NCBI GenBank assembly: GCA_040758495.1
Contig: JBFLVL010000001.1
Location: 20,384-84,383 of the forward strand
From: Chloroflexota bacterium
GTDB taxonomy: Bacteria; Chloroflexota; Anaerolineae; Anaerolineales; JBFLVL01
Direction of reading: 5' to 3'
DNA length: 64,000 nt
Shown piece after piece: positions 8,736-17,984 of this stretch. A program made the position numbers and the translations under genes. The notes under the pieces were generated by a model. It was given only the letters and a program-made list of their open reading frames with translations, was not told the DNA's origin and did no database searches. Each line of letters opens with the position of its first letter. Position 1 is the stretch's first letter.

Positions 8736-9497
8736 TTACATATCGAGGGGTTTGATTCGATGTAACTTTTCTGGGTGCGTCCGTACGATAACGGACATGT
8801 TGTCGAAGAAGTCATTGGCTGTAGCGTAATGAACTTTCGCTGCTCCTACTAGAGTTTCTTTGATGATGCCTCGTTCATACAACTCATCCATACCCTCAAC
8901 GATATCGGTGATGACCCGAAGGTCATTACGGGCAAACATAGAATAGGTCTTGATATGTGGCACGCCGTCTTTCCCAACGTAGATGCCTGAAAAATTTATC
9001 ACCCGCCGATAGTCACAACCGGTTTTATATTCAATGTAATGGTGCATGGAAAAAGTGCTGTTCCAATGCAATCCGATGCTGATAATCATTCCATTGAGTT
9101 TGTGGAAAAGAGCAAAGACGGAATCCGGCCCATAAGCTTCAACATCTTCGCAATTTGCAAACTCCTCTTTGAGTTTCCCCAAGGCTGCAAAGGAGTAGAT
9201 GGGGTGAGGAGTACGCAGGGCATCTTGACGTAAACGAGCCAATTCGGTGATTATCCCCATCTCAGAGTGGGTCTCGTAAATATCGAAGTAATGGCTTTCT
9301 GTCCATGAACGGAAGTTAAAATTCGGGAAAAGCACTGTTCCCTCAGGACGGGCAAATTCCAGCAGGGCATCTATGACTGTATCAGCCCCGCCTTCAACAC
9401 CACCAAGGGATTTATACGAACTGTGTACCATGATCACCCTGGAGGATGTTAATTCAATTTTCCGGAAACCAGATAAGAGGTCATTGAAAGTAAGCAT
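8736..9497 (-). CDS. AAC(3)-family (Antibiotic_NAT fold) N-acetyltransferase, probably an amino-sugar N-acetyltransferase here
   Basis: VIMVHSSYKSLGGVEGGADTVIDALLEF..EGTVLFPNFNF closely matches the AAC(3)/YokD signature region. Confidence 0.85.
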   Translation of the reverse strand: MLTFNDLLSGFRKIELTSSRVIMVHSSYKSLGGVEGGADTVIDALLEFARPEGTVLFPNFNFRSWTESHYFDIYETHSEMGIITELARLRQDALRTPHPIYSFAALGKLKEEFANCEDVEAYGPDSVFALFHKLNGMIISIGLHWNSTFSMHHYIEYKTGCDYRRVINFSGIYVGKDGVPHIKTYSMFARNDLRVITDIVEGMDELYERGIIKETLVGAAKVHYATANDFFDNMSVIVRTHPEKLHRIKPLDM

Positions 9498-9546
9498 ATG
9501 TACTTCTTGGGAGGAAAATATAGGATGGGTTATTAATCATCACCGA

Positions 9547-10662
9547 TCAACTTTGGTGGTGGATGGCAACGTTGTAGGCTTCGAAAAGCTTTGGAAAGTT
9601 CTGTGCCCAATCTGCGCGTTCTTCTGCCAAACGACGAGCGGCTTTGCCCATTACTGGTAATTGTTCGCGATGATTCAAAGCGAAAATGATAGCATCTTTC
9701 AACTTTTCGATGTCACCATCTGGAAATAGCCAACCTTGTTCTCCGTGCGTAACCCATTCACGATTACCTGGGATGTCGGTAACCAACACAGGACGCCCAC
9801 AGGCCATGGCTTCGAGCAGAGAGATAGAGGTGCCATCGCTGTGGGAAGTGCTGAGGTATACATCCGCGGCCCGGTAGTATTCTGGGAGCTCAGTTGTTTT
9901 GATGTGACCGGGAAAGTGCACACGGTCAAGCATCCCGGCTTGGTGAAAGGTGGATTTAATTTCTTTGGATAAAGGGCCGTTGCCTAACATGAGCAGGCGT
10001 AATTGTGGACTGCTTCGAGCTGCCTGAACAAACGCTTGAGCGAGGTCAGTGACTCCATAAATTGGTGCCCACGATCGGGTGGATAACAGCACAAAGGTTT
10101 CTTCGTCCCAGCCAAGGCGCGAGCGCATCTTCCTATTTTTGCCTGGAGTAAAGTAATGGATGTCTGTCCCCCAGGGAAAGGTAACGACTCTCTCTGGAAC
10201 TATGCCATAATGAACCGCTTTTTGACGAATAACCTCACTATCACCCACCAGGGCCGCGCTACGTGTAAGGGTGAAGCGCGTTGCCCAACGCCACAAAGGA
10301 TTACGTTCCGCATCGATAAGCAGGTCATATCCCCAGGACATGCTTACGAGAGGGTGGAATCCGGTTAGGGCAACAAGGAAAGCAGAGCGCTGCAAAGGGC
10401 CAGCCTGGATCAGGTCAGGTTCAAGGACGCGAATCACTCTTTTTAGATTGGCAAGCAAGCGCGGCCCGTCTGCGAACCTCGCTCGGGTTTGGCTACCAGC
10501 CCAGGAAACCAGTTCAACTTCCGCGGGAAGAGGGCGGTCTTCAAGCTGATATCCACTGCGTTCCAACCGTAAATAGTAGACCTTGTGCTCTGTCTGAGCC
10601 AAGGCTGAGAGGAAGCGGTGGTCATGGGGGGTGTAGTCGCGTGTGAAGTAGAGGAGACGCAC
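9547..10662 (-). CDS. family 4 glycosyltransferase (GT-B, retaining type)
   Basis: C-terminal E-x7-E region EAMACGRPVLVTDIPGNREWV. The N-terminus RLLYFTRDY is typical of GT4. A GTG at 10662 gives a 13-nt gap to the upstream stop. The longest ORF starts at TTG 10710. Confidence 0.85.
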   Translation of the reverse strand: MRLLYFTRDYTPHDHRFLSALAQTEHKVYYLRLERSGYQLEDRPLPAEVELVSWAGSQTRARFADGPRLLANLKRVIRVLEPDLIQAGPLQRSAFLVALTGFHPLVSMSWGYDLLIDAERNPLWRWATRFTLTRSAALVGDSEVIRQKAVHYGIVPERVVTFPWGTDIHYFTPGKNRKMRSRLGWDEETFVLLSTRSWAPIYGVTDLAQAFVQAARSSPQLRLLMLGNGPLSKEIKSTFHQAGMLDRVHFPGHIKTTELPEYYRAADVYLSTSHSDGTSISLLEAMACGRPVLVTDIPGNREWVTHGEQGWLFPDGDIEKLKDAIIFALNHREQLPVMGKAARRLAEERADWAQNFPKLFEAYNVAIHHQS

Positions 10663-10675
10663 GTTTAGGTTGGAC

Positions 10676-11830
10676 TTACTTTCGTATGACGAACAGGGGG
10701 TACTGACCAAAACGACCGGTAAAATGAGGAAATCGTTCCTCCAGTTGGTAAATCCATCTCAAAATCTGTTTGCCCAACAACCGACGATATATGAAGGTCT
10801 TGGTAAAACGGGAGTTTACACTTCTCCATACAGCTATTTCGATACTGAATCCCCAGACTCGATTAGCGAAGTAACTGTACTTGTGAGCATAGAAGTACGG
10901 CCTAGCTTTAGGGTGCTGAGACATTTGGGGTTTTCGTCTAGCAATTTTCAAGCAAACGTTTTTCAGTCCAACTTTCCAAACCTGGGCTCTCTTTTGAAGC
11001 CATTTCTTTATCCTAAAAGGGAAAAGGGAGAGCTTCATAAATAACGAATGAGGTCCCCATGAATATACGATTACTGCAGAGCTCCCAGGACGTAATACCC
11101 TGTAAAGTTCTTGGACGGCTTTGCCTTGTTCATCTTCAGGAATATGGTAGATTGTGTGTAGGGATACTACCCCATCTATCACATTATCTTGAATAGGGAG
11201 GTTGGTGACATCTGCTAACACATAGATACCCCGACCCCCAACTTTTTTCTTGGCTTCTTTGAGAGCCAAAAGGGAAATATCAACACAAATACGGTATTCG
11301 TAGCCATGTGAATACCTCAGGTATTCGGGGTATTGAACTGCTCCAGAGGCAACATCAAGGAGATATTGCCCTTCAGGCTTCAGGTATTTTTTTACTCGCA
11401 GGTGGCAGCGGTGAATGTATTCTTGCGATACAGGTCTCAAGTCTTCGTATCTGAGTGCATCAACAAATACGTTTTTTACCCCTTCACCTTCTTTCCAACC
11501 AATTTGATCGTAGAAGTTACGAACGACTCGTTTTTCTTCCCTGAGGGTGTGTGTAGGGTCACTCTCTCTACCAACGAGTACAATCGCCAAGTGTTTGAGC
11601 AGGACGACAATGTCATCAATAACGGGATACACGTAAAGATTATCAGATGAGATAAATCCCGATTCTAGGGACTCGCTCACAAAGGTGCCATCGTAGTGGG
11701 TAAGTTTGCCAAGGGCAATCTGATGGTTAAGCTCCTCAATTTCCCGGCTGCTTATTTTTCGTAGCGTTCCACTGGTTATCGGACAACGCAAGAGACCCTG
11801 CAAGCGGTCGTACATGGAATGAGATAACAT
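10676..11830 (-). CDS. SAM-dependent methyltransferase with degenerate Trm112-like N-domain and a basic C-terminal extension
   Basis: LLRCPITSGTL (Trm112/DUF343-like) and motif I LLDVASGAVQY. It has a ~130 aa Lys/Arg/aromatic-rich tail. Confidence 0.75.
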   Translation of the reverse strand: MLSHSMYDRLQGLLRCPITSGTLRKISSREIEELNHQIALGKLTHYDGTFVSESLESGFISSDNLYVYPVIDDIVVLLKHLAIVLVGRESDPTHTLREEKRVVRNFYDQIGWKEGEGVKNVFVDALRYEDLRPVSQEYIHRCHLRVKKYLKPEGQYLLDVASGAVQYPEYLRYSHGYEYRICVDISLLALKEAKKKVGGRGIYVLADVTNLPIQDNVIDGVVSLHTIYHIPEDEQGKAVQELYRVLRPGSSAVIVYSWGPHSLFMKLSLFPFRIKKWLQKRAQVWKVGLKNVCLKIARRKPQMSQHPKARPYFYAHKYSYFANRVWGFSIEIAVWRSVNSRFTKTFIYRRLLGKQILRWIYQLEERFPHFTGRFGQYPLFVIRK

Positions 11831-11833
11831 GGG

Positions 11834-12901
11834 CTATGCTTTCAAGTCAGTCCAGCGGAGTTCCTTTCCATAGGGAATAGGTACCAATGTCTTTGTGCCG
11901 ATCACTGCCTCCAGCTCCCAGGGTGGAATTGCACCAGGGGTGTTTGGTCGTAGGGGTTCAACCATGTCTCGGGTGACGGTCTCGTTGGCTTGTATATCGC
12001 GGGCTGCACGTAGACAGCGACGTTGAAGAATATAGGTATCTTTTTCATTATCAGCGACGCGTTTATCGGGGGAACCCATGGCTTGTTCGAGGATACGCAC
12101 TTGTGTGACCATCTCTTTCCAGGCAGTTGGGTCCATGGCAAATTTATGATCTGGACCTTCACGATTGTTGTCATCTGTAAAGTGCCGCTCGATCACCCGG
12201 GCACCCAAGGCTACTGCACCCAGGATAGGTGCTGGACTGTGTGTGTGGTCAGAGAGGCCCAGGACGACATGGGGGAATAAGACCGCGTAGGTTTTCAGCA
12301 CGTTCAGGTGCAGGTGGTTGTAATTATCTGGGTTGGCAGTGTAGTTGGTGTTACACTGCATCAGGACGATCTGATCGTTGACTGGGCTTACCATGCGAAC
12401 TGCCCGTACCACATCGTTGATGTCCGCTGCACCGGTGGCAATAAGGATGGGTTTACCTTTGCTGGCCATACGGACGATGGCCTCAGGCCAGGACATCAGC
12501 CCAGAACCGGCTTTGTAAGCCGGAACGTAAGGGTCAAGCATATCAATGGCTTCGTAGTCATAGGGTGAGGAAAAGTAGTGGATACCGGCTTTATCGCACT
12601 CCTCCTTGAGGATAGGTGTCCATTCAAAAGGAATAGAGGCGTCATTGTAGACCTCATAGACACTTTTTTCCCATTCTGCCTGGTGGGAAAACTGCCCGCC
12701 CAAGGATTTAAACCCGTAGTCGGAAACGATTTTCGGTGCGCGGAAGTTCTGGAATTTGGCCGCATCAGCACCGGCTTCTTTCGCCAGACGGATGAGCAAC
12801 CTGGCGCGTTCAAGCGAGCCATCGTGATTAGCGGCAATGTCAGCGACGAAGTAGGTGGGATAATCAGGGCCGATAAGACGCTCACCTATTTTTATTTCCA
12901 C
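11834..12901 (-). CDS. neuB: NeuB-family nonulosonic acid synthase (N-acetylneuraminate / pseudaminate / legionaminate synthase type) with C-terminal SAF domain
   Basis: PTYFVADIAANHDGSLERARLLIRLAKEAGADAAKFQNF is the hallmark NeuB N-terminus. The start is GTG, with a GGAGG Shine-Dalgarno sequence 5 nt upstream. Confidence 0.9.
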   Translation of the reverse strand: MEIKIGERLIGPDYPTYFVADIAANHDGSLERARLLIRLAKEAGADAAKFQNFRAPKIVSDYGFKSLGGQFSHQAEWEKSVYEVYNDASIPFEWTPILKEECDKAGIHYFSSPYDYEAIDMLDPYVPAYKAGSGLMSWPEAIVRMASKGKPILIATGAADINDVVRAVRMVSPVNDQIVLMQCNTNYTANPDNYNHLHLNVLKTYAVLFPHVVLGLSDHTHSPAPILGAVALGARVIERHFTDDNNREGPDHKFAMDPTAWKEMVTQVRILEQAMGSPDKRVADNEKDTYILQRRCLRAARDIQANETVTRDMVEPLRPNTPGAIPPWELEAVIGTKTLVPIPYGKELRWTDLKA

Positions 12902-12912
12902 AACGACCTCCG

Positions 12913-13833
12913 TTATAAGCTGCTAGCTAAGGATGTTAATTGAAGAGGATAACCCTGTTGATAAAGATGGTGAAACCGTTTAATACCTAAAGATACCCTG
13001 GGGGGCGCTTCGCCCAAAGCTTTCGCCAGTTTCATAACTGATAAGCTGAGATTGGGAGAACGGGAAGCTTTCATTCCAGCAGTGGCGACGGATGAGGGTT
13101 CGATCAATGTTTCGTCTAGGCCGAATTGACGTGCGAGGGCTACCCCAAAATCGTATTTGCTCAGGCAATCTGAACTTACCACGTGATACAAACCGCTCAG
13201 TTTCGTTTTTAGCATCTTTAATAAGAGTCGAGCTAGGTCATTGGCAAGGAGGGGAGAAAAAATGACATCCGTAAAACCCTTGATGTGGCTTCCATGGCGC
13301 AAATTATTCAAGAACCATTCGGCTAAGCTACGTTGACCACTAAGGCTCCAACCATAGAAGTTCACGCGGGCAATAATAGCTTCTGGATTTTCAGTTGCTA
13401 CAGCATGTTCTCCTGCTAACTTGGTTCGGGCATAAACACTTAGAGGCTTGGGGTGATCTTCTTCAGTATATTGTCCTTTTTGACCATCAAAGACAGCATC
13501 CGTTGAGATGTGTACCAGGCGCGCTCCGCCCTTCCGACATTTTTCTGCCAGATTTCGGGGGAGTTCGGTATTCAGTTGCCTGGCCAGATCAGGATTCTTC
13601 TCGCAAACCTCTAAATTGGCCAGGGCAGCACAATGGATCACCCAATCGGGTTTGACCTGGTCAAGGATGTTATCCATCGCACCCGGTTTTAGTAAATCTT
13701 CCCTCAGCGCGGTGAACGCCTTGCTTTTCAAATAATGGCTGTGGGCTACTCCAAACACAGTGTGTTTCTTGGCCGCTTCTAAGGCCAGGTTGAGGCCCAG
13801 CAAGCCACTGGCTCCAGTGATCAGAATTTGCAT
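12913..13833 (-). CDS. RmlD-like NAD(P)-dependent sugar-nucleotide reductase (extended SDR)
   Basis: MQILITGASGLLG glycine motif and a YxxxK region (YARTKLAGE). Size and layout match dTDP-4-dehydrorhamnose reductase-type enzymes. Confidence 0.75.
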   Translation of the reverse strand: MQILITGASGLLGLNLALEAAKKHTVFGVAHSHYLKSKAFTALREDLLKPGAMDNILDQVKPDWVIHCAALANLEVCEKNPDLARQLNTELPRNLAEKCRKGGARLVHISTDAVFDGQKGQYTEEDHPKPLSVYARTKLAGEHAVATENPEAIIARVNFYGWSLSGQRSLAEWFLNNLRHGSHIKGFTDVIFSPLLANDLARLLLKMLKTKLSGLYHVVSSDCLSKYDFGVALARQFGLDETLIEPSSVATAGMKASRSPNLSLSVMKLAKALGEAPPRVSLGIKRFHHLYQQGYPLQLTSLASSL

Positions 13834-13874
13834 TTAGATTATGAAAGTACCAGAGCAACAAGCATTCTACAGCG

Positions 13875-15056
13875 TTATGTGTCAAAATACTTAATCGTTT
13901 TCATTAACGCTTCAGCCTGAACCTCCATCTCATCAACGTTGAAGTAGTTTGTCTTAAGCTGAATAAGCCTGGGTTGTATGCTTTCAGCAACGGGACAAAG
14001 TCCCGGGGCGTATATCTGAGGTTGCGCTACTTTGAAGGTGACATCGCGGAAAGCCGGTTCCAGATATGTCAGTTGCCAGGCAGCATAATAACCATCACCT
14101 CCAAACTCCAGGTATTTTCGGCGGAAATCGTACCAACTGATATCATGGTTGATTAACTTTAGGACATACGACCAGTAAGAATGGGTATAACCCTCTGGAA
14201 CTGATTGGGGGACAAGCCATTGGCATCCTGAGACCGCATCGGCAAAAAGAGCAGCGGATCTTATCCTAAAATCCACCAGATCCCGTAAACGTTCTAATTG
14301 CCCCAAGGCTACAGCCGCGCAAAGCTCAGGCATACGATAGTTCCAGCCGACCGAGGCGTGGCGCTCATACTTTGGGTCCTGTATGGTTTCCTTGGTGATT
14401 TTCCCTTCCTTAGCACCTACGGCTGCGTATCCCAGGCTGTTGAAACGGCGGATTTTATTCGCCAACTCCATATCGTTTGTGGTAACCATGCCGCCTTCAC
14501 CGCTGGACATGTGTTTGGAACTCTGGAAACTAAAGCTGGCAGCATGTCCTAGGCTACCGACGATTTTACCTTTGTAATACCCCAAAAAGCATTGGGCGTC
14601 ATCTTCGAGGACGAATAAGTGATATTGGGTAGCAACGTCCATGATGGCATCCATGTCTGGTGAGAGACCATAGATAGCAACGGGGATAATAGCCTTCGTG
14701 CGGGGAGTGATTCTCTCTATTATCGAGTGAGGGCTAATTGTCCAGGTAAATGGGTCAATATCCGCAAAGACTGGAATAGCGTCAGCGTGCAGCACGGCAA
14801 ATGATGTGCTGGACATTGTCAAAGGAGGGACGATCACCTCATCACCGGGTCCTACTCCTGCTGCAGCTAATGCGGCATGCAAGGTGGCTGTGCCGTTTAT
14901 GAAGGAGATGGCATATTCGACGTTAAACATCTGGGCGAAAAGTTCCTCAAGCCGTTTGGTCATTTTCCCACCTGCAGATGTCCTGAATTGGGAATCTAAC
15001 ACTTCATCTACATAGGCTTTTTCTTTCTCGCTAATTCGTGGAATGCTCTTTTGCAT
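13875..15056 (-). CDS. DegT/DnrJ/EryC1/StrS family PLP-dependent sugar aminotransferase
   Basis: Active-site lysine context SFQSSKHMSSGEGG and FINGTATLHAAL. Lies next to the NeuB and PseB-like genes. Confidence 0.9.
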   Translation of the reverse strand: MQKSIPRISEKEKAYVDEVLDSQFRTSAGGKMTKRLEELFAQMFNVEYAISFINGTATLHAALAAAGVGPGDEVIVPPLTMSSTSFAVLHADAIPVFADIDPFTWTISPHSIIERITPRTKAIIPVAIYGLSPDMDAIMDVATQYHLFVLEDDAQCFLGYYKGKIVGSLGHAASFSFQSSKHMSSGEGGMVTTNDMELANKIRRFNSLGYAAVGAKEGKITKETIQDPKYERHASVGWNYRMPELCAAVALGQLERLRDLVDFRIRSAALFADAVSGCQWLVPQSVPEGYTHSYWSYVLKLINHDISWYDFRRKYLEFGGDGYYAAWQLTYLEPAFRDVTFKVAQPQIYAPGLCPVAESIQPRLIQLKTNYFNVDEMEVQAEALMKTIKYFDT

Positions 15057-15095
15057 AAGATTTTCCTTTTATGCTGCGGTTTTCCTGGACATTAT

Positions 15096-15875
15096 TTAGT
15101 GGTGATGCTCATCCTCAACGAGTGATTTTTGGTAACCTATGTTCCGTTCGATACCTTTGTTGATCCCAGCCAATTGGGGCTCTTTCTGTAACAAGATGAG
15201 AATATCTTCCATAAGAAATACTTTTCCGCCATACAAATGCTCATATACCGCGCGGGTGAAATGCAGGTCTTCTTCATAATCAAGCGTCCAGCGTAGATGG
15301 GAAAGGTCTGTATGGTGTTTGATATTTGCGATGCAGAATGTTTGAGGGTTGCGCCAAATATAAGGGGTGACATGTTCTCGATCAGATAACCGTTGAGCTT
15401 CTTGCCATGCGGTCTCTAAAGCTTTGAAGGAAAACACTTCAACATCGAGACCTTCAGGATAGGTAGGCTCGACGGTGTTTGAGGCGTAGTCCAGTTCGGG
15501 GTGATGCAGAAAATATGAAACGATGTGGTCTATCACTTGCGGGTCTTTGAAGGGGTCATCTGCAGTTATGCGTACAATCACCTCCGCAGATGTATTAATC
15601 GCTGCTTGATAAAAGCGGTCTAACACATCCTCCTCACTACCGGTGTAGTGCATTACTCCATATTGGCCTGCCAGATCCAGAATGGGTTGGTCTTCGACTG
15701 CGGTTGTCGTAGCGACGACGATATCCTCTATCGTCTGACAGGCCTGTACACGTTCAATCACGTGGCCCAGCAGCGGTTTACCAACGATGTCCACCAATGT
15801 CTTACCTGGCAGACGTGTTGACCCCATCCTTGCCTGGATAATTGCCACTACGTGGGTTTTGCTTTGACCTCTCAT
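15096..15875 (-). CDS. SpsF/FlmC-type cytidylyltransferase (probable CMP-nonulosonate synthetase)
   Basis: VVAIIQARMGSTRLPGKTLVDIVGKPLL is the CTP_transf_3/SpsF signature. Its start forms an ATGA overlap with the upstream stop. Confidence 0.8.
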   Translation of the reverse strand: MRGQSKTHVVAIIQARMGSTRLPGKTLVDIVGKPLLGHVIERVQACQTIEDIVVATTTAVEDQPILDLAGQYGVMHYTGSEEDVLDRFYQAAINTSAEVIVRITADDPFKDPQVIDHIVSYFLHHPELDYASNTVEPTYPEGLDVEVFSFKALETAWQEAQRLSDREHVTPYIWRNPQTFCIANIKHHTDLSHLRWTLDYEEDLHFTRAVYEHLYGGKVFLMEDILILLQKEPQLAGINKGIERNIGYQKSLVEDEHHH

Positions 15876-16909
15876 AGCGCTACCTTAGAGCCGGTTATTG
15901 CTGATTGTTTGGCGGCCAGCGCAATTCTCAACACGCGACTGGCCTGTTCAACATCTTGTTGTGACTCTTCTAAGCCGGCAAGCACATTTATAAAGTGTTG
16001 CATTTCCTCGAGGTACATTGAGTTCGGGTCGTACTTTTCCCATATCACACTGTGCCAGGTCTGATCGGATGCCAGGTAAACCGCTACCTTGCTATCTTGA
16101 TAAGACCAGTAAATTGACCCGGCTTCACCCAACACCTCCAGTTCACACATATACCTGCGGCTTATGTAATCCAGATGGGCAGACGCAACCATTCCGCCAG
16201 AAAAATGCATGATGATCTCAGCGACGTCCTCTGTGTCGATTTCCAAATTACTGACATGATCGGCTGAACAGTATAACTCTTTCACTTCACCGAATAACCA
16301 GCGCAGGTAATCAATTTCGTGTACGCGATCCAGAATCACACCTCCACCCAAAGAGCGCTGAGCGCTGTAGCCATGACGGTAATCCTCCCAGGGGTGCCAG
16401 TCAGGTAGATATTGCCCAAATTTTGCCCCTGCATACATCACCCTCCCGATCTTTTCGTTCTCAATGAGGTTTTTGATATACTGCAGACCAGGATGAAAAC
16501 GGAAATTACACCCCACCAAGGTGAGCAAATTATGTTGCATCACCTCTTCAATGAGTTCATCCACGCTTTCTAAAGAGTGGGATAAAGGTTTTTCAATAAA
16601 CAGATGACACCCCTTGCGAGCCGCGGCCAGTGCAGGAGGGATGTGCAAGCTGGTTGGAGTACAGATCAATGCTACTCGGACATCATAGCATAACGCGCTT
16701 TCCAGATCATTAAAAACTGGAATATCGAATTCTTTTTGTATCTCATCTAACCTATCTTGCCGCACGTCAAAAGCGGCTAAGTCCTTGATTCCCAATTGCC
16801 TCAAGTTCCGCAAATGACGTTTACCAATAGAGCCACAGCCGATAATTAGAAAGCGTCCAAATTTGTCAATATTTTTATGAGGGTGAAATGTTGTAAGAGG
16901 CATAGACAT
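15872..16909 (-). CDS. Gfo/Idh/MocA family oxidoreductase (paralog of 129..1115)
   Basis: FLIIGCGSIGKRHLRNL, LFIEKPL and the shared block YLPDWHPWEDYR. Confidence 0.85.
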   Translation of the reverse strand: MSMPLTTFHPHKNIDKFGRFLIIGCGSIGKRHLRNLRQLGIKDLAAFDVRQDRLDEIQKEFDIPVFNDLESALCYDVRVALICTPTSLHIPPALAAARKGCHLFIEKPLSHSLESVDELIEEVMQHNLLTLVGCNFRFHPGLQYIKNLIENEKIGRVMYAGAKFGQYLPDWHPWEDYRHGYSAQRSLGGGVILDRVHEIDYLRWLFGEVKELYCSADHVSNLEIDTEDVAEIIMHFSGGMVASAHLDYISRRYMCELEVLGEAGSIYWSYQDSKVAVYLASDQTWHSVIWEKYDPNSMYLEEMQHFINVLAGLEESQQDVEQASRVLRIALAAKQSAITGSKVAL

Positions 16910-16914
16910 CTTTT

Positions 16915-17925
16915 TTATTGGGAGCCTCTGTCAGCATTGTTGGCTTTTTCAAAAGAGAGGATCATTTCGTGGATCTGCTCGACATTCAACCATCGTGGGT
17001 TTGTATTACTGGCGTAACTGAAACCGTCGGGAAGAGGTTTGCCCTGGTTTTTCCATCCATAACCAAACCAATCTGATTCAGCAGGTTGGACAACAAACAT
17101 GTGCTCTAGCTCGAGCGTCCAGCGAGTCTCATCTTCAGAGATAAGCAACTCGTGTAGCTTCTCTCCTGGTCGAATGCCAACGATCTCAATTTCTGCCCCT
17201 GGCGCTATAGCCATGGCCAGGTCAATCACCTTCATGCTGGGGATTTTGGGCACAAATACTTCCCCTCCATGCATCTGTTCTATGCACTGAATGACAAAGC
17301 GTACACCTTGCTCCAGTGAGATCCAGAAGCGTGTCATCCTCTTGTCAGTGATGGATAACCTTCCATCTTCGCGTTGTTTAATGAAAAGGGGAATTACACT
17401 GCCACGGCTGCCAACGACGTTCCCGTAACGTACGCAACTGAAGCGCGTAGCCGTCCCCGAGGCATAATTATTGCTCTGGATGAACAATTTTTCCGCTGCC
17501 AGTTTGGTGGCTCCGTATAAGTTCACGGGGTTCACGGCTTTATCTGTACTTAGAGCCATCACTTTTTGAACTCCCATGTCAATAGCAGCCTCAATCACAT
17601 TACCGCTGCCCAAAATATTCGTTTTGATGGCCTCCATGGGGTTATATTCACATGCAGGAACTTGTTTTAGTGCCGCGGCATGCACTACGATATCTACTCC
17701 ATGCATGGCCCGGCGCAACCGGGGCAGATCACGAACATCCCCTATAAAATATCGTAAACTGGGATGATCAAAACCGGCCATGCGCATCTCATGTTGCTTC
17801 AATTCATCGCGGCTGAAGATAATCAGCTTGGCCGGATGAAAATCGTCCAGCATGACTTCAAGAAATTTTTTGCCGAACGAACCGGTCCCGCCAGTTACAA
17901 GGACAACTTTATCTTTCCATTCCAT
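16915..17925 (-). CDS. pseB: UDP-N-acetylglucosamine 4,6-dehydratase (PseB/FlaA1/CapD-like, short form)
   Basis: KVVLVTGGTGSFGKKF, a YGATKLAAE catalytic region and the ~330 aa PseB architecture. I prefer the ATG at 17925, which has GGGAG upstream, over the TTG at 17937. Confidence 0.85.
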   Translation of the reverse strand: MEWKDKVVLVTGGTGSFGKKFLEVMLDDFHPAKLIIFSRDELKQHEMRMAGFDHPSLRYFIGDVRDLPRLRRAMHGVDIVVHAAALKQVPACEYNPMEAIKTNILGSGNVIEAAIDMGVQKVMALSTDKAVNPVNLYGATKLAAEKLFIQSNNYASGTATRFSCVRYGNVVGSRGSVIPLFIKQREDGRLSITDKRMTRFWISLEQGVRFVIQCIEQMHGGEVFVPKIPSMKVIDLAMAIAPGAEIEIVGIRPGEKLHELLISEDETRWTLELEHMFVVQPAESDWFGYGWKNQGKPLPDGFSYASNTNPRWLNVEQIHEMILSFEKANNADRGSQ

Positions 17926-17984
17926 AGGTACTCCCAAGGCTCACCTTATTACAATTTCAAGGTTTGCAAAAAGGTGGTTGACTA

